DNA of 55,428 nucleotides, counting the filler, from Sphacelaria rigidula (taxonomy: Eukaryota): NCBI GenBank assembly GCA_964200075.2. It is 5 parts of 5 records of this genome, joined end to end, with 100 filler letters (N's around TTAATTAATTAA, not from the genome) between each part and the next. Parts side by side here need not be neighbours in the genome. Positions count along the whole stretch, not along the records: positions 22,216 to 33,220 come from CAXNAA020005547.1; positions 33,321 to 44,324 come from CAXNAA020005548.1; 3 more parts are not named here. One strand, written 5' to 3'. The notes under the pieces were generated by a model. It was not told the DNA's origin. It did not search any database and saw only the letters and a program-made list of their open reading frames with translations. The translations under genes were made by a program, and so were the position numbers. Numbering within the stretch: position 1 is the stretch's first letter; each line of letters begins with the position of its first letter. Positions 24,187 to 37,140 of the stretch are shown here, piece after piece.

Positions 24187-25182
24187 CAGTGCTGCAAGGG
24201 CAGGTCGAGTAGAGTATGAACTTTTGAATACTCGAGTAAAATACTTGAGTATAGAGTATCACTTCGGTATGATCTCAATACTCAATTCAAATTTTTGGGA
24301 GATAGAATATAACCTCAAATAGTATACTCAATTTTTGGGTAGATTGAGTACGACCTCAAATACTCTACTCAAGTATTGGGTAAGCACTCTGAGAAATACT
24401 CAGATATAGAGTATCACTTGGGTACGATGAGTAACCGTGACCGTCGGCGACTTCGTGACGTCACTCCACAGACTATGTTGAATACATGAGCGAACGATGG
24501 CCATCGATGAGATGAGTGACGTTACGTCACGGGCTACAATGAGTATGAGCGAATGATGGCCATAAAAAAACACGAAAAAGCCTGCAGATGAATCTATCTA
24601 CCTGCCCCAGCCCATCTGCCTCGACCCCTGGCAGTACATACTTCATACCGAGGTCGCAACCTCTTCGGTATCAGTTTCAGTGCAAAGCGCTACTCATCAT
24701 CATTGAGTAATCGAGTAGGCGGCTAGTCGGGTAGGTATTGTGACCCCTCCATGGGAGAGTTAGCGGTGGAAATAGTGCAAGACGCGGAAACATCGGAACA
24801 GTCACAAGAGAAAAGAAAAGAAAAAGCCGCGACGGGGTCAGAAGTGATGGACTTGACCCCAAAAGAGGCTCCGGCGGTCCGCGTTGTAGAGTTCTCAGAT
24901 ATCTTGCGTACGAACTTGAATACTAAACTTATGCCCAAGGTTTTGGTACATCGGGTCCGGCCTCAGGTACTCTACCCAACTTTCGGGTAGATTGGGTATA
25001 ACCTCAAATACTCTACGCCAAATATTGGGTGGATTGAGTATGACCTCAAATACTCTACTCAAATTTTGGGTAAATTGAGTACGACCTCAAATACTCTACT
25101 CAAAATTTGAGTACTAAAAGTTCGACTTTTCGAAAATACCGAGTATTGAGCATACTCTACTCAACCTGCCCTCGCAATGCTG
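24187..25182. mobile_element. Tc1/mariner-type MITE (TA target duplication)
   Basis: TA|CAGTGCTGCAAGGGGCAGGTCGAGTAGAGTATG ... CATACTCTACTCAACCTGCCCTCGCAATGCTG|TA. Subterminal repeats of about 40 bp (TTGGGTAGATTGAGTAYGACCTCAAATACTCTACTC). Confidence 0.82.
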
Positions 25183-25844
25183 TATAGTACTGTATGGAGT
25201 TATTTTCTCTCTCCCCCCCCGCTGGGATCATATTACACCGAACCCTTCGAGAACGTCACGTCTTCCTACCGCTAGTTGCAACATTAAATACTTGGACTGC
25301 CACGGTGGGCCGTCTGGGTCTTGCATTCATTTTTGAAGTTAATATTACGCCCGCGAAACACAAATGACCCATTCTGAGGGTGGCCGTCGCCTGTTCAGAT
25401 AGAGCCGAAGTACACCGCACAGCACGGTACAATACAGTACACTACAACGCAGTACACTATAGTGTTGTCTTCTCTGTGCCCCCCACTGCTTTCCTTCCCT
25501 TTGTCTATGGCTATCACCAAGTATCGGATTATTCCTTTGGAGACCGTCGCCTTTTCCTCCCACAACCTCTGAAAGTGGCTCTTGATCGCCAGGGTGGGCC
25601 ATCTGCGTCTTACATTCTTTTTTCAAGTCAAAATTTCTGGATAGGGCATCTAGATTTTGCACTGATTTTTCACTGTTAGGACGAATAAAATCGTAATTCG
25701 ACTCATATTCAACATTCGGACGAATCGATCATACGATTCGTACACAACTTGTGATTTGTATATGTTTTAATTTTGTGATGCGTACGACACCACTTTGAGA
25801 GTACACATTCTCAGTTCGTGATTCGTATGGTAAACCGTGAAAGG

Positions 25845-26840
25845 TACACGTTTCCTACCTTCCATTCATACGAGGTGAATCACACGTGCATGTTTCCCAA
25901 TGTCCATTAATTCAGCATGAATCATAGGCACACGTTCCCCACCTTCCATTCATACGAGGGGAATCAAGCGTACATGCTCCCCGCCTTCCATTCATACGAG
26001 GTGAATCAAGCGTACATGTCTCCCAATTTCCATTCATGCGACATGAACCATACGTATATTTTCCCTACGTTCCATTCATACAAGAGGGGTCAGAATGTAT
26101 ATGTTTCCTATTTTTCATCTATGCAGCGCGAATCATGCGTACATGTTCTCCACCTTCTGTTCATATGATATAAATCATGTGAACATGTTGTTTCCCACTT
26201 GTCATTTCATGGGGCGCGACTCACACGTTCTGCACCTTCCATTCATACCAGGCGAATCACATGTACTATTTCCCAATTTTCATCCATGCAGCATGAATCA
26301 ATCATACGTACATGTTCTCCGCCTTCTATTCATACGAGGTGAATCAAGCGCACATGCTTCTCAATCCCCATTCATGCAGCATGAATCATACGTACATGTT
26401 TGCCACTTTCCATTCATGCGGCATGATTCATACGCACATGTCCCCCACCTTCCATTCATACAAAATGGACCAAGTGTATATGTTTCCCACTTTTCATTTA
26501 CGCAGGATAAGTCACGCGATTCATGTACATGTTTTCCACCTTGCGTTTGTGAGCATGAATCTTAGATACATGTTTCCCACCTTCCATTCATACGAGGCGG
26601 ATCAAGCGTACATGTATCTCCCCTTTCATCCATGCAGCATGAATCATAGGCACACGTTCTACATCTTCCATTCATATGAGGTGAATCACACGTACACGTT
26701 TTCCGCATTCCATCCACAAGAGGTGAATCAAGCGTAGATGCATCTCCCCTTTCATCCATGTAGCATGGATCATACGTGCATGTTCCCCACCTTCCATTCA
26801 TACGAGATGAGTCAGGTGTACGTACATGTTTCCCACCCAT
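25845..26840. repeat. Degenerate 42-bp minisatellite (about 23 units), intronic
   Basis: Approximate unit TACATGTTTCCCACCTTCCATTCATACGAGGTGAATCAAGCG. Flanked by direct repeats of about 100 bp (25735-25830 and 26840-26935). Confidence 0.9.
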
Positions 26841-28088
26841 GATTCATACAGGAATTGTGATTTGTATATAATTTTGCACTCTTGATTCGTCTGATACTAC
26901 TTCGAGTGTACACATACCCAGTTCGTGATTCGTGCGTCATTACCTTGAACAAACAACGTTATACCATGCGTGATTCATGTCGGATGACTCTGTGGTACAT
27001 GATCCGCAGTCAACATTCATGGAGAGTCAACCCGTATAAAGTCTGATTCGTCCGAACCGTGTGATTTTCCGAGGAAAATTTATGCCGATACAGCGTATGA
27101 CCGACCCTAGGATAAGTAACACATGTCCGTGTATTACCAAGGTACAAGCTCAAGTCGCAACGGCAGAGGCTATAGAGACGATACGGTGGACACGAATCAC
27201 CAAGAGAGCATAATCCAGTCATCATCACCATCATGTTTTCTGTTACAGTACACGCCATGTTCGTTACCCTGGGCTCCCTGCGCGACTGTGTACACAAGCA
27301 GCGGCGCTTTTACAGCTGGACACACGCACGCACCGCAATGAAGTTATTCCGACTCAGATCTCTCCTTCGAGGATTACCCCCGAGCCCCTTTTGTCTGTGC
27401 TTGTTTTTTGCTTGCATTCCTTGGGGACGGCACGTTGCTCGAGATATTCGATCACTCCATCACTCCATCACTCCATCAGGGGGCCGACTTTCCCCACCCG
27501 GCTCTCGTCAGTAACGTGTGCAATTCGAGCGCTGATTGTTGTGTCGGGTGCTCCACACCCAAATGCTCCATACAGTCATACAGCATTGGCCATTTCTAGG
27601 AACGTCCCGCGGTCAGCACAGTAAGCCGAAAAATAACTCGTTTTTCAGGTTTAGACGGCACGCGTTCAAAGCACTAGGACAAGGCCACTGCTATGGGGTG
27701 GGTGTGGATGGTGTCCAGGAATATGTAGCGTGTGAACAGGGATGGTGTCGCCTGAACACACGACTCACCCATGAAAATGGTGGACTCTTGAATCAAGTAT
27801 ACCCGGGCGGGGCATCCCAGGAAAAAGAGTAAAAATACATGACTTGTCTCCGGTCGGAATGGTGTCATCGAACAGCCCGGACACTTTTTTGGGCCCGATT
27901 AGAATCTCTAACAGTAACATGTTCCGTCCTCCAACACCCACCTCGAAACATGCCTACACGCATACTGCTGCCACCGAATGCACGGAAACTATTTTGTCAT
28001 GAGTCTGTCACGTGTCACGTGTATTTTACGGTGGGTACGGGTACAATTGTGGGCACATCACAGTGGCGCCTTTGTATTGTCCTTGTAT

Positions 28089-28134
28089 AGTACCAGTATT
28101 AGTACCAGTATTAGTACCAGTATTAGTACCAGTA
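28089..28134. repeat. 12-bp tandem repeat (AGTACCAGTATT)n
   Basis: About four copies. Confidence 0.85.
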
Positions 28135-28506
28135 TGATAGTAATAATGTCAATGGCACGTGAACAATGTCGCGTTAATAATCTTTTCGCTGAATGTGGAT
28201 AGTGGCTACACAGTGGTATTTGATAAATATGCTGTCAACCCTGGCCATGGTCACTGTATGGTATGCTTCAAGTGTAGTCGAACCTTCGGACAGAACGGTT
28301 CACGAACAAACGGCACTTTGTCACCATGCCGCATGAATGTCGAAGATGAAGACAGTACAAATGGGGTCCTTGTCCCTCGATATCGAAAATGTGCCGTTGG
28401 CGTCGATACCAAACATATCACTAACCACGTGTAGAAGCTGGCTTTTCGTCCAAGGCTCCGGTCCTGTTACCTCGCTGCTACTCGCTTGCTGTTCTATGCG
28501 TCGAAG

Positions 28507-28630
28507 GTCCGGGGTTTTGCGGAGTGTCTGCAAGCCCTGCGCCCGGGATTGCGAGCTGTGCACGATGTCACGATCGCATATCATCATTACGCTGAAGGTA
28601 GTAGACTTTCGGAGAAGACAATGCTAGGAG
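28507..28630 (+). CDS. LCLAT1: LCLAT1-like acyltransferase exon
   Basis: Translates VRGFAECLQALRPGLRAVHDVTIAY (the D.TI.Y motif). gaag| acceptor is phase 0 and G|GTGAGA donor is phase 1. Confidence 0.9.
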
Positions 28631-29006
28631 GTGAGACAAATGAATCTCAAAAAATAATGTTTCGATGCCACTTTGATTTTGGGGTGAAGTGTTCGTTGAG
28701 CCAGCTCCATATATACGTATATATATATGTGATGGCTTGTGTGTTGTGACCATTTACCACCATTAGTCATTATTTGTGACAAGATGGTTTCGTAAGTTGT
28801 GGGTGGAGAAATGAAAAGATACGTGTTTAGAGTACATGTACATACATAGATTAATACACTAACTTCAGTTGGTCATCCGTAGCGAGAGGCAATGAGTACG
28901 TAATGTCGCTTTGATATGATGATTTGATTATGTGATGTGATGTCATTGTTTGTTTCTGCTTTCGCACGTGCTGCTTTGCTGTTTTTGTCATATGTTATAC
29001 ATTCAG

Positions 29007-29089
29007 GATACTTTCCCAAGGAAGTTCACATGCATGTGCGCCGCCACGCTATGGAAGACTTTTCCTCAAGCGACGAGGAGCTTCACGAG
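29007..29089 (+). CDS. LCLAT1: LCLAT1-like acyltransferase exon
   Basis: Translates GYFPKEVHMHVRRHAMEDFSSSDEELHE. ttcag| acceptor is phase 1 and GAG|GTAGGG donor is phase 0. Confidence 0.9.
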
Positions 29090-29370
29090 GTAGGGTTGAT
29101 GTTTGTAGTACAATGGAGCCCAGGTGACCATAAGACATGGAACACGTCGGTGCGACACTTTTTCCTTGGGGATCTGTACTCCCTCTTTTCCGTTAATTGC
29201 GTTTCATCTTTGCCCATGTACCATGTTTGCGTCAGAGACTAATATACATGGGATGCGTGTTGATGAAGAGTTTTCATTGTGTCAATGTCGGTGTTACGCT
29301 GACCGACGGCTTCGTCACCTGTTGTCTGCCCCGATCCCTCGTCAACACCGTCAACACTCACAACACTCAG

Positions 29371-29712
29371 TGGTGCCGACAAGCGTTCAAAGAAAAAGAA
29401 TCACGCCTGGCTGTCTTTCATGAGGGCACACGGACGTTTGATTTGGAGCCGCAGGAATCGCTGACGGGGGGCATGAACGCCGACAGCCGACGGAAGGGCT
29501 GCACGGCGTTGATAGGGTTCGTGGCGATGCTTCTTGCCGCCGTGATGTATGGAGGAAGCGTGTTGGGGTTGTACACGTTGTGGGCCATGGCCTGCCTTAC
29601 GGTGGTTACAGCTCTCGTGGGCTGGGACACATTTGAGTTGCGCTCCAAGTATTATTTGACGGGTGCTTTTTGGCGATCGGTGCCTGACCCTGGGGAGTCA
29701 AAGGATGACTAG
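29371..29712 (+). CDS. LCLAT1: LCLAT1-like acyltransferase terminal exon (two C-terminal hydrophobic segments)
   Basis: ctcag|TGG acceptor. WCRQAFKEKESRL matches the acyltransferase C-terminal W...F.EKE..L motif. Stop TAG at 29710-29712. Confidence 0.88.
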   Translation, partial: WCRQAFKEKESRLAVFHEGTRTFDLEPQESLTGGMNADSRRKGCTALIGFVAMLLAAVMYGGSVLGLYTLWAMACLTVVTALVGWDTFELRSKYYLTGAFWRSVPDPGESKDD

Positions 29713-30253
29713 CGTCAAAGGATGGAATGGGATGGCGGAGGCGGCAACTAAAAGGAACACGAGAGCGTCGCTGAAATCGATTTTCACGTCTAGCTCGGGG
29801 CCGTTAGCTGCTACAGTACTGTATTCGCGAATGAGAACGTGTGGCGGACGATGGGGTGTACATACTGTTCTGGACGCATCAGGCGGAAGGAATACTAAAA
29901 TACTATGATGTCCTGTTTCCCCAGAAGATGTGCTCACCGGCGTACTGTGTTATGTGTAGAGCGGTACTCCCCAACAAGGGTTGGCGGCTTGACGGACCCT
30001 GTGCTGTTGTGTAGAGCGCACGTTCCATGTCCTTTTCGGGTGGGTGGTGTTGGAAGATTTTAAAGACCGTTTTGTGGTGAGACCTGGAGGTATTGTTGTA
30101 TTGTTGTAGCAGCTACTCGTACCGTTTGTCCGCCTGACACAAAAAGCGAGAAGAAACGGGACGCTTTTCGTGCTTTTATGATGGCGACAGGTTATGTAGT
30201 AGACCAGCGAAAAATTAGGCATTGATCACACGCGCATCAAACACAACCAGATA

Positions 30254-31089
30254 CAGGGTGGTTCAGGCTTATCACCCAAAATACACTCATCGGCAAAACC
30301 TCACGCCGTTTCAAGGAGTCAGACTCTGAAATTTCGCACAAATGTTCTATGTTGCATTACGCGACTTTTGAAGGTCGAGGTTTTTCGACTTCTTTACCTT
30401 TTTTACCGTTTTTCGGGGGTCCTAGTTTTTTCCCGGGAAACATCTATCCAATCGGACCCCCGTAGAACGGTCAAGAAAAAAATTACAAAACCCTCGTTCA
30501 TCCGAAGTTGCGTAGTCACCCATGGTACAGTTGAGCAAAATTTCAGGGTCTAACTCCTCGAAACGGCGTGAGGTTCTTCGCTTTTGTGCGATGAACTTTG
30601 ATGTGCCGCGGTGAAACCATAAACTACTTGATTTTAGTACGAAAACGGCGTTTTTGGGCCTTCTTTGACGTGAACATGAAAATTCAAGATCACTTAGTCG
30701 AGTTTTGCGATGAAATTTGTGGGACTCTTCCTTGGGTTATGCGGCGACAGCTCGTTCACAAAAAAATGAAGAAAAAAATAAATAAAATAGTTAGATTCCC
30801 AAGCCGATGACGGTTACAACAATTTGAAGCATGTGGAGATTGGGTGAAAACTGGGCTTGAAATTCGTAATTTCGGTCTTGGAACAATTTGACGGGCGCTG
30901 ATTGGTCGATATACCTTTTCGCCGTTAGCGCCGTTAGTGGTACCACTATGGCCTTACACACAAATCCGGCTATGTCACGCTCTTCAGCTGTCCATGGCGG
31001 TCAGTATGACATCATGTATACGGCTATTGGGTAGGTATTGCGAAAGGCATTTGCCGATGACACATGGGTGATGAGCGTGAACCAGCCTG
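30254..31089. mobile_element. Tc1/mariner-type MITE family D
   Basis: TA|CAGGGTGGTTCAGGCTTATCACCCA...TCATCGGCAAA pairs with TTTGCCGATGACACATGGGTGATGAGCGTGAACCAGCCTG. A related reversed copy starts at 54137. Confidence 0.82.
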
Positions 31090-31528
31090 GATCGCTTCAT
31101 CACTCTAATATAGAATCAATTGCTTCATGTTGAAATCAACATGCTGCTTGAAATACACAGTACAGTACAGCGTGTGACTGTCGACGGTCGTTGAGTGTGA
31201 CTGGCCATTGTCGCTCGCAAGCTCATGGTGATTGCGCGGGATCGTATCAGTCCGTGTGGGTTGGCGTTGGGGTGTTTTGGACAGAGTAGTATACTGTAGT
31301 GTAGATTATTACTGTAGAATTAATTGTTCATCAGACCGAGACCCTCCGTGGGATAAGCGAAAGGCGCCGACACTATTAATATTGATGGCGGACAAAATTC
31401 GACCACGGGCGACCATCCCGATTATTACCGTTACATCAAGGCACGAATCTCTCGAAGACTTAGTTGTCGAGATTTTCCTTCCACACCACTGTATACATAC
31501 GGACTCTTGTCACTGAGAAAGGCCGATG

Positions 31529-31561
<33 letters not shown>

Positions 31562-31687
31562 CTACTGTACGTACGGTGCTTTGTTTTGCGTTGTTCCATT
31601 GACTGTCATCGACTGACTGTTGCCTGCTGAGACCGGAAGTGGCAATTCTAGGGTGACATCTGGCAATCATGATTTCCCCGGATGAAA

Positions 31688-31689
<2 letters not shown>

Positions 31690-31740
<51 letters not shown>
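31690..31740. repeat. (AT)n microsatellite
   Basis: Perfect dinucleotide run. A (TG)n run lies nearby at 31531-31560. Confidence 0.95.
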
Positions 31741-31745
<5 letters not shown>

Positions 31746-32539
31746 CAATCGTGACATCGACCGCACCTGTCCAAGGATACGTGAAGCAAAAATTCTGGAC
31801 CCCCACACTACGAGTACAAGCCCTTTTTTCGTGAAATCAAACACCACCCCCTGTCGCAGCAACATGACTTGCTTGGGGAGGAGATAGGCCGTCGGGGAGA
31901 GAGGAAAGAGTGAAGAGTGAAGAGTGGTCTCGACTCCTCATGAGCAGGTACTATTAGGCTGTGCTCACGTTCTGGTGATCACACATCACTCGCATCCTCA
32001 GGGCCATCGCCATTCGTACTCAACAGACCCTAGAGTGAGGCCGCGATATTCCCCTCCAAGAACGACCAAAAGTAGGGCTGTGAACTGGCTGCTCTGGCCA
32101 ATCAAGTTGAGACTGGCTGCACCAGCGGCCAGCACATCGATGTTTTTCCAGTAAATCGGTTACTGGAAAAACATCGATCGCAGGCCGCAAACGCCCCGCC
32201 CCCAGCTGGTGAGGGGGCTTCGCGGGAGCGCCGCCGGAGGCAAGGAAAACTGCGTCATTTTGCTCGTTTTTCGTTCAAACATGTTGAAAATTGTAGAAAT
32301 GTGACGCCTCACATTGATGAGCTAGAGTCGTGGATGACATTTAAATCCCATTCAAAGCGGTGAGCGATTCGAAATCATTAATCTGTAATATGCAGCAGTA
32401 GAAACTCCGTGATGAGAGGATAATGCAAACAAGGCAAGGCTGGCAGCACGCGGGGACAAGGTATGCTAAATTGAAAAAGAAAAGGAAAACAAAATGGGGG
32501 GGAGACGTTTGGGCGTTCTTGTAAAAAACTAGTCGTTGC

Positions 32540-32961
32540 CATACTAAAACGCCGTAAACCAGTGAAAAAAAATTATCCACGTTTTTTGTTCATTATGCCC
32601 TAGCGAGGTCCCACACAAAATTTTAATACACAAGCACCAAACGTGGGCCGGTGAGTAGTAGCCTGCAACATACTGTTTCGAATTTTACCGACCCGGTTTT
32701 TATACGGTCCATTTGCAATTTAATGGTTGGAGTTGGATCCTAACATCTGGTATGGACAATCAATGGGGCATAAAAAGAAAGTTACGCACTGACCCAAAGA
32801 GTTTTTTTTTTCATGAGTCAAAGGCAATAACCAGTTTTTAGGTTTCAGTAAAATGCCGTTTAATCATGATTGCCCATACCAAATATTAGGGTCCAACTCC
32901 AAGTACTAAATTGCGAATGGGCATCCAAGCTCCGAACCCGCTTCTAGGCTGGGCCAGCACG
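32540..32961. mobile_element. Family B copy, internally deleted; left end approximate
   Basis: Colinear with 22450-22959. Ends GGCTGGGCCAGCACG|TA. Confidence 0.7.
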
Positions 32962-33220
32962 TACGACGAGTATTGTCTGTACGTGTACTGCTGTCAGGTG
33001 TGTTGTGTGTGTTGTCGTTCCATCTATTCTGAAAGCCGGGCTACACCTTTTGGTATATGTGGACGCACCAGCCGGGGTCACACAGGAGGAACGTCAACGC
33101 ACAAGTTTTTTAATCGTTTTTTTTTTCGTACCCCACCTTCCTTCTGCGGTGCTTGCCTTCACTTTTGATCGCGAGAGGGGTTCAGCACTCCCTTTCCCTC
33201 GTCGACCGTGAAGTCGAATT

Positions 33221-33320
33221 NNNNNNNNNNNNNNNNNNNNNNNNNNNNNNNNNNNNNNNNNNNNTTAATTAATTAANNNNNNNNNNNNNNNNNNNNNNNN
33301 NNNNNNNNNNNNNNNNNNNN
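33221..33320. other. Artificial 100-bp contig linker
   Basis: N44-TTAATTAATTAA-N44. Confidence 0.98.
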
Positions 33321-34522
33321 GGGCCTCAGTGGCCAGCTATTGCAGAAAGCATGTTGGGCCTCGTGGAAGTGCATTTCGGAACTGAAACAGTTCATTCACT
33401 GATTGACAGCTTTTCACTCTCACCCGTATCTACTTTCAATCTCACGAAAACACTATTATACATGCAGCACACTCACGTTTAGGCGGTAACCCAATTAGTT
33501 TTCCTTACAGCGTAGCCGTCCGATCAGTAAGAGCGTAAGCAAGAACAAAACAAATTGCAGCTTACCGTGCGGCGCTTTTTTCTCAGGCCTTCCTTCGTTT
33601 CTTAGCTTCGATTTCTTGAAATTCGATGAACTTTGAAATCGCAGCCTTTTCGTTTCTTTGTCTCTTTCTCGGTGAATTTAAGTGCTGCCGCGGTTCGGTG
33701 AATTTTGGACCTAAATTCTTTTGTCTCTGTCCTGGCCGTCTATTTTAGCGTCAAAGTGCTCCGTTTGAAAGGGTAGAAAACATGCGGAAACGAACGGGTC
33801 AAATATTACGCCCTTCCTTGCCGGATCTTCCATCTTCTACTCATCACGTATAACATAGTTTCATAACCGATAAAGATACCCAATCTTTGGCTCAACCGGT
33901 TGGTAGTAGCCATTGCCTTTACCATCTCCCAAATTAAATCACTTCCTTGTATAATATAATAGTACGTGTGACTTTCTCAATACGTTGTGTGCGGGGAGAC
34001 GACACAGATTGCCTTGTGTATAGGAGCGACGCTTCCGTCGCGGGCGCTGGATATAACTGACTGTGCGCAGTGCAACATGGACTGTTTTTGTTGCATAATC
34101 TACTTTGCACGAGATTGTGCCTTGAGGTCCGAGGTTTAAGGTGGGCTTCAACAGCCAAGCGTCAAGGGTCAAGAGTCACGATGGGGTCATAGGTAAGGGT
34201 AGGCTTTGCTCTTCGTGCATTCCCCCCCCCCCAAATTTATGGGTCTCGCAAGGGTCTCGTTCAAAAGGGGTCATTTTGAAGCGGAAACCCCGCCGAGGCG
34301 TTAAAATTACTTAATTTTAGTTTGGAAGACCGGAAAACAAAAACTCATTATTTATTCGAATTATACATGCTCTTGTTGTGAGTTTCAATTTTGGTCTATT
34401 TTGATTTGTTTGTGTTTTTTTATAGCCTGTGACCACGGAAGGCGTCCGCATCCTCACCGCATCAGATGCCCAGTACGAATGTACCGCGCAGATATCGGAA
34501 TGGTTTTTGAATGTTGTGAAGA

Positions 34523-34523
<1 letters not shown>

Positions 34524-34607
<84 letters not shown>
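34524..34607. repeat. (AAC)28 microsatellite
   Basis: Perfect run about 285 bp upstream of the H4 ATG. Confidence 0.95.
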
Positions 34608-34609
<2 letters not shown>

Positions 34610-34649
34610 ATGTTTGCGCGCATATAGAGCAAAAGTCAAAGCCTCGATA

Positions 34650-34790
34650 AGGATTGGTTTTGATGTCGTTTCGTACTATCATCACGAAATATGGCCAATC
34701 AGTAAAGTTCATTTATGTTACGGTTCGAAAATATTTCTTTGCCTGTACAACCGTGAGGCATGTATTTTGAATTTTGACCGCGCGAGAACA
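34650..34790 (+). promoter_or_regulatory. Putative histone H4 promoter motifs (CCAAT boxes, TTTGAA)
   Basis: ATTGG at 34653, GCCAATCAG at 34694-34702 and TTTGAA at 34766. The same motifs occur in the H3/H4 intergenic region. Confidence 0.5.
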
Positions 34791-34861
34791 TCTGTTACAC
34801 ACCCTCCTGCCCCCCACCCCTGACCTCCCACACAGCTCCGTCACTCTCTCACATCAGTTGA

Positions 34862-35203
<342 letters not shown>

Positions 35204-35280
35204 GCGTAGGAGCCTAGCATACTCGAACTTCCAGACCGTCAGTGTTTGGAAAGAGGCAGTTGTGTCTACCAAACTACCCC

Positions 35281-35304
35281 CTGGTGTTTACTCAACACCA
35301 CCCA
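35281..35304 (+). promoter_or_regulatory. Histone mRNA 3' stem-loop-like element
   Basis: GGTGTT-TACTC-AACACC followed by ACCCA, 80 nt after the stop. Identical in all three histone genes. Confidence 0.85.
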
Positions 35305-36779
35305 CCCCACGAGAGAAAATACGCCCCTCTCGAAAGGATGTGGACGAGCATACTGCGCCGGTGGTGGCGTCTGTGGAAGCGAGTTCGTGATGTAGATTTC
35401 GAGAGCGTCATGTGGGTATCGAACTATCGACCACAACTCTCTCGTGCCCAACATTGAGTGGGGATCCCAAGGTACGCTGTCTCGACCTTGAATGTTTTGC
35501 AGCAAACTAAAGTGAGTGATACAGTACCCGTACGAGGGTCAACTTCGCATGTGGGCACACAGCTGGACGGTTTCCTAAAGGTGGACATGTGTCTCCGCGA
35601 GCCCCAGTTTGAGATCCGCAAAATGGGAACTCTGCCGTCACTCGAGTTTTTCGCAACTGTGTTGATAGCGGCACGATTCACGATTGCAGGGCGCCGGGAA
35701 GACGTTTTGCGGCACCACAAAACTCAAATACACGAAGGTCCCGCGAATGAAAGACGTTTCACCCAACGACACGAACCCGAGTTGACACTAGAGGTCAAAC
35801 TGACTCATCAAGGCCAGTTGCTGTAGTCCCCTCAATCGGTCAGCTACGTCTCGGAACAGTTTCGTCGGCTGACAGTCCGGGAGAATCAGGACACGTCTCG
35901 GAGGCACAGCCCATTTGCAGGTAGGCTTTAGTTCCGTATGCGCATTTTCCCCTTGAAATCAAGTTCACATTTTCTCTCTGAGTTTTTTGTTATTGTGTGA
36001 GCCCCACTTAGCTCTGGTATAGTTGTGAACTGGCTGCCAGTTCAACTGACCAGTTGCAGTTAACTGGTACATGATCAACATTTCTGGAAGTAATGTACTA
36101 TGACCGTGGGGACGCTGTCACAGGCGAGTACATGACAACACAGCGCACACCCCTCGACGAAAATCGCGGACAATATTTTTATTCTAGGAGAAATTGAGAT
36201 TGGGAACGGACGGTTGTTCGAGCGAATCTGAAACGAAAGGCAAAACAGCGTTTGGCGTTTTTGTGTGTGCTTTGCTTTATTCTTGTCGGCATCGAGCGTT
36301 GAGCGTTCAGTGGTAGCTGGTCAATGTGATCCGAAGCATTAGGAAGAGTCGAGATTTCCATTCAATTTTCCTGGCTGATGAAATCATACTGATAAACGTC
36401 ACCAATTTGTCGTGTTACTAGGGAGTCCCTGGGGCTTGGGTGGTACACGCGGAACGCCATGTATGCACAACTGTCTCACCGCTTCGAGTTCATGCCGCAA
36501 AGTTCAGTGATGCTCAATTTCCCCACGTACATAGTCTGGTCCACCGATTATGTGCTCGAATTGGTGACGCTGGGTGGCTGGAATTTACCGCGTATTTGAA
36601 GGGATGCGAAGCCAAATGGCGTAATCTTGCCCCCGGCGGGTCCCGTTCATTTGCCGGGAGGGGGGGGGGCGCGTTCACACGATCGACTTCGCCACCAGGT
36701 ATCCAGTTTAAACTGATGAGCGAAATCAGTTCACACGTTGGGCACTCGAAGTTTTGATGCTTATTTCCACACAGCGGAC

Positions 36780-37140
36780 AGATGAGCTCCCTATTATAGT
36801 GAGATATGAGAGCTGTATGAGTTATGCATGTTTACCGTAAGATGAGCTACCAACCCGTAGCTCATGAGCTCATATTCGCCCTGGGTGAGGTATGGGAGCT
36901 GTGCGAGCTACGGATGTTCGGCCTGGGTGAGCCACCAACCCGTAGTTCATCAGCTCATATTCGTCCTGGGTGAGGTACGGGAGCTGTGTACGAGCTACGC
37001 ATGTTTGGCCTGGGTGAGCCACCAACCCGTAGCTCATCAGGGCACGTTTACCCTGTGTTGAGCTATCGGACGTAGCCCATGTACATGTTTGACTACAAGT
37101 GAGCTACCGCCCGCAGATGAGCTAGCTCATGAGCTGTCAT
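36780..37140. repeat. GAGCT-rich tandem repeat (about 85-bp unit)
   Basis: ACCAACCCGTAGCTCAT.AGCTCATATTCG.CCTGGGTGAGGTA.GGGAGCTGT repeated two to three times. Confidence 0.8.

Noticed and set aside
25845-26840. CRISPR-like array or repeat protein
   Set aside because: Units are degenerate tandem copies with no unique spacers and there are no cas genes. The frames are broken and lie inside an intron.
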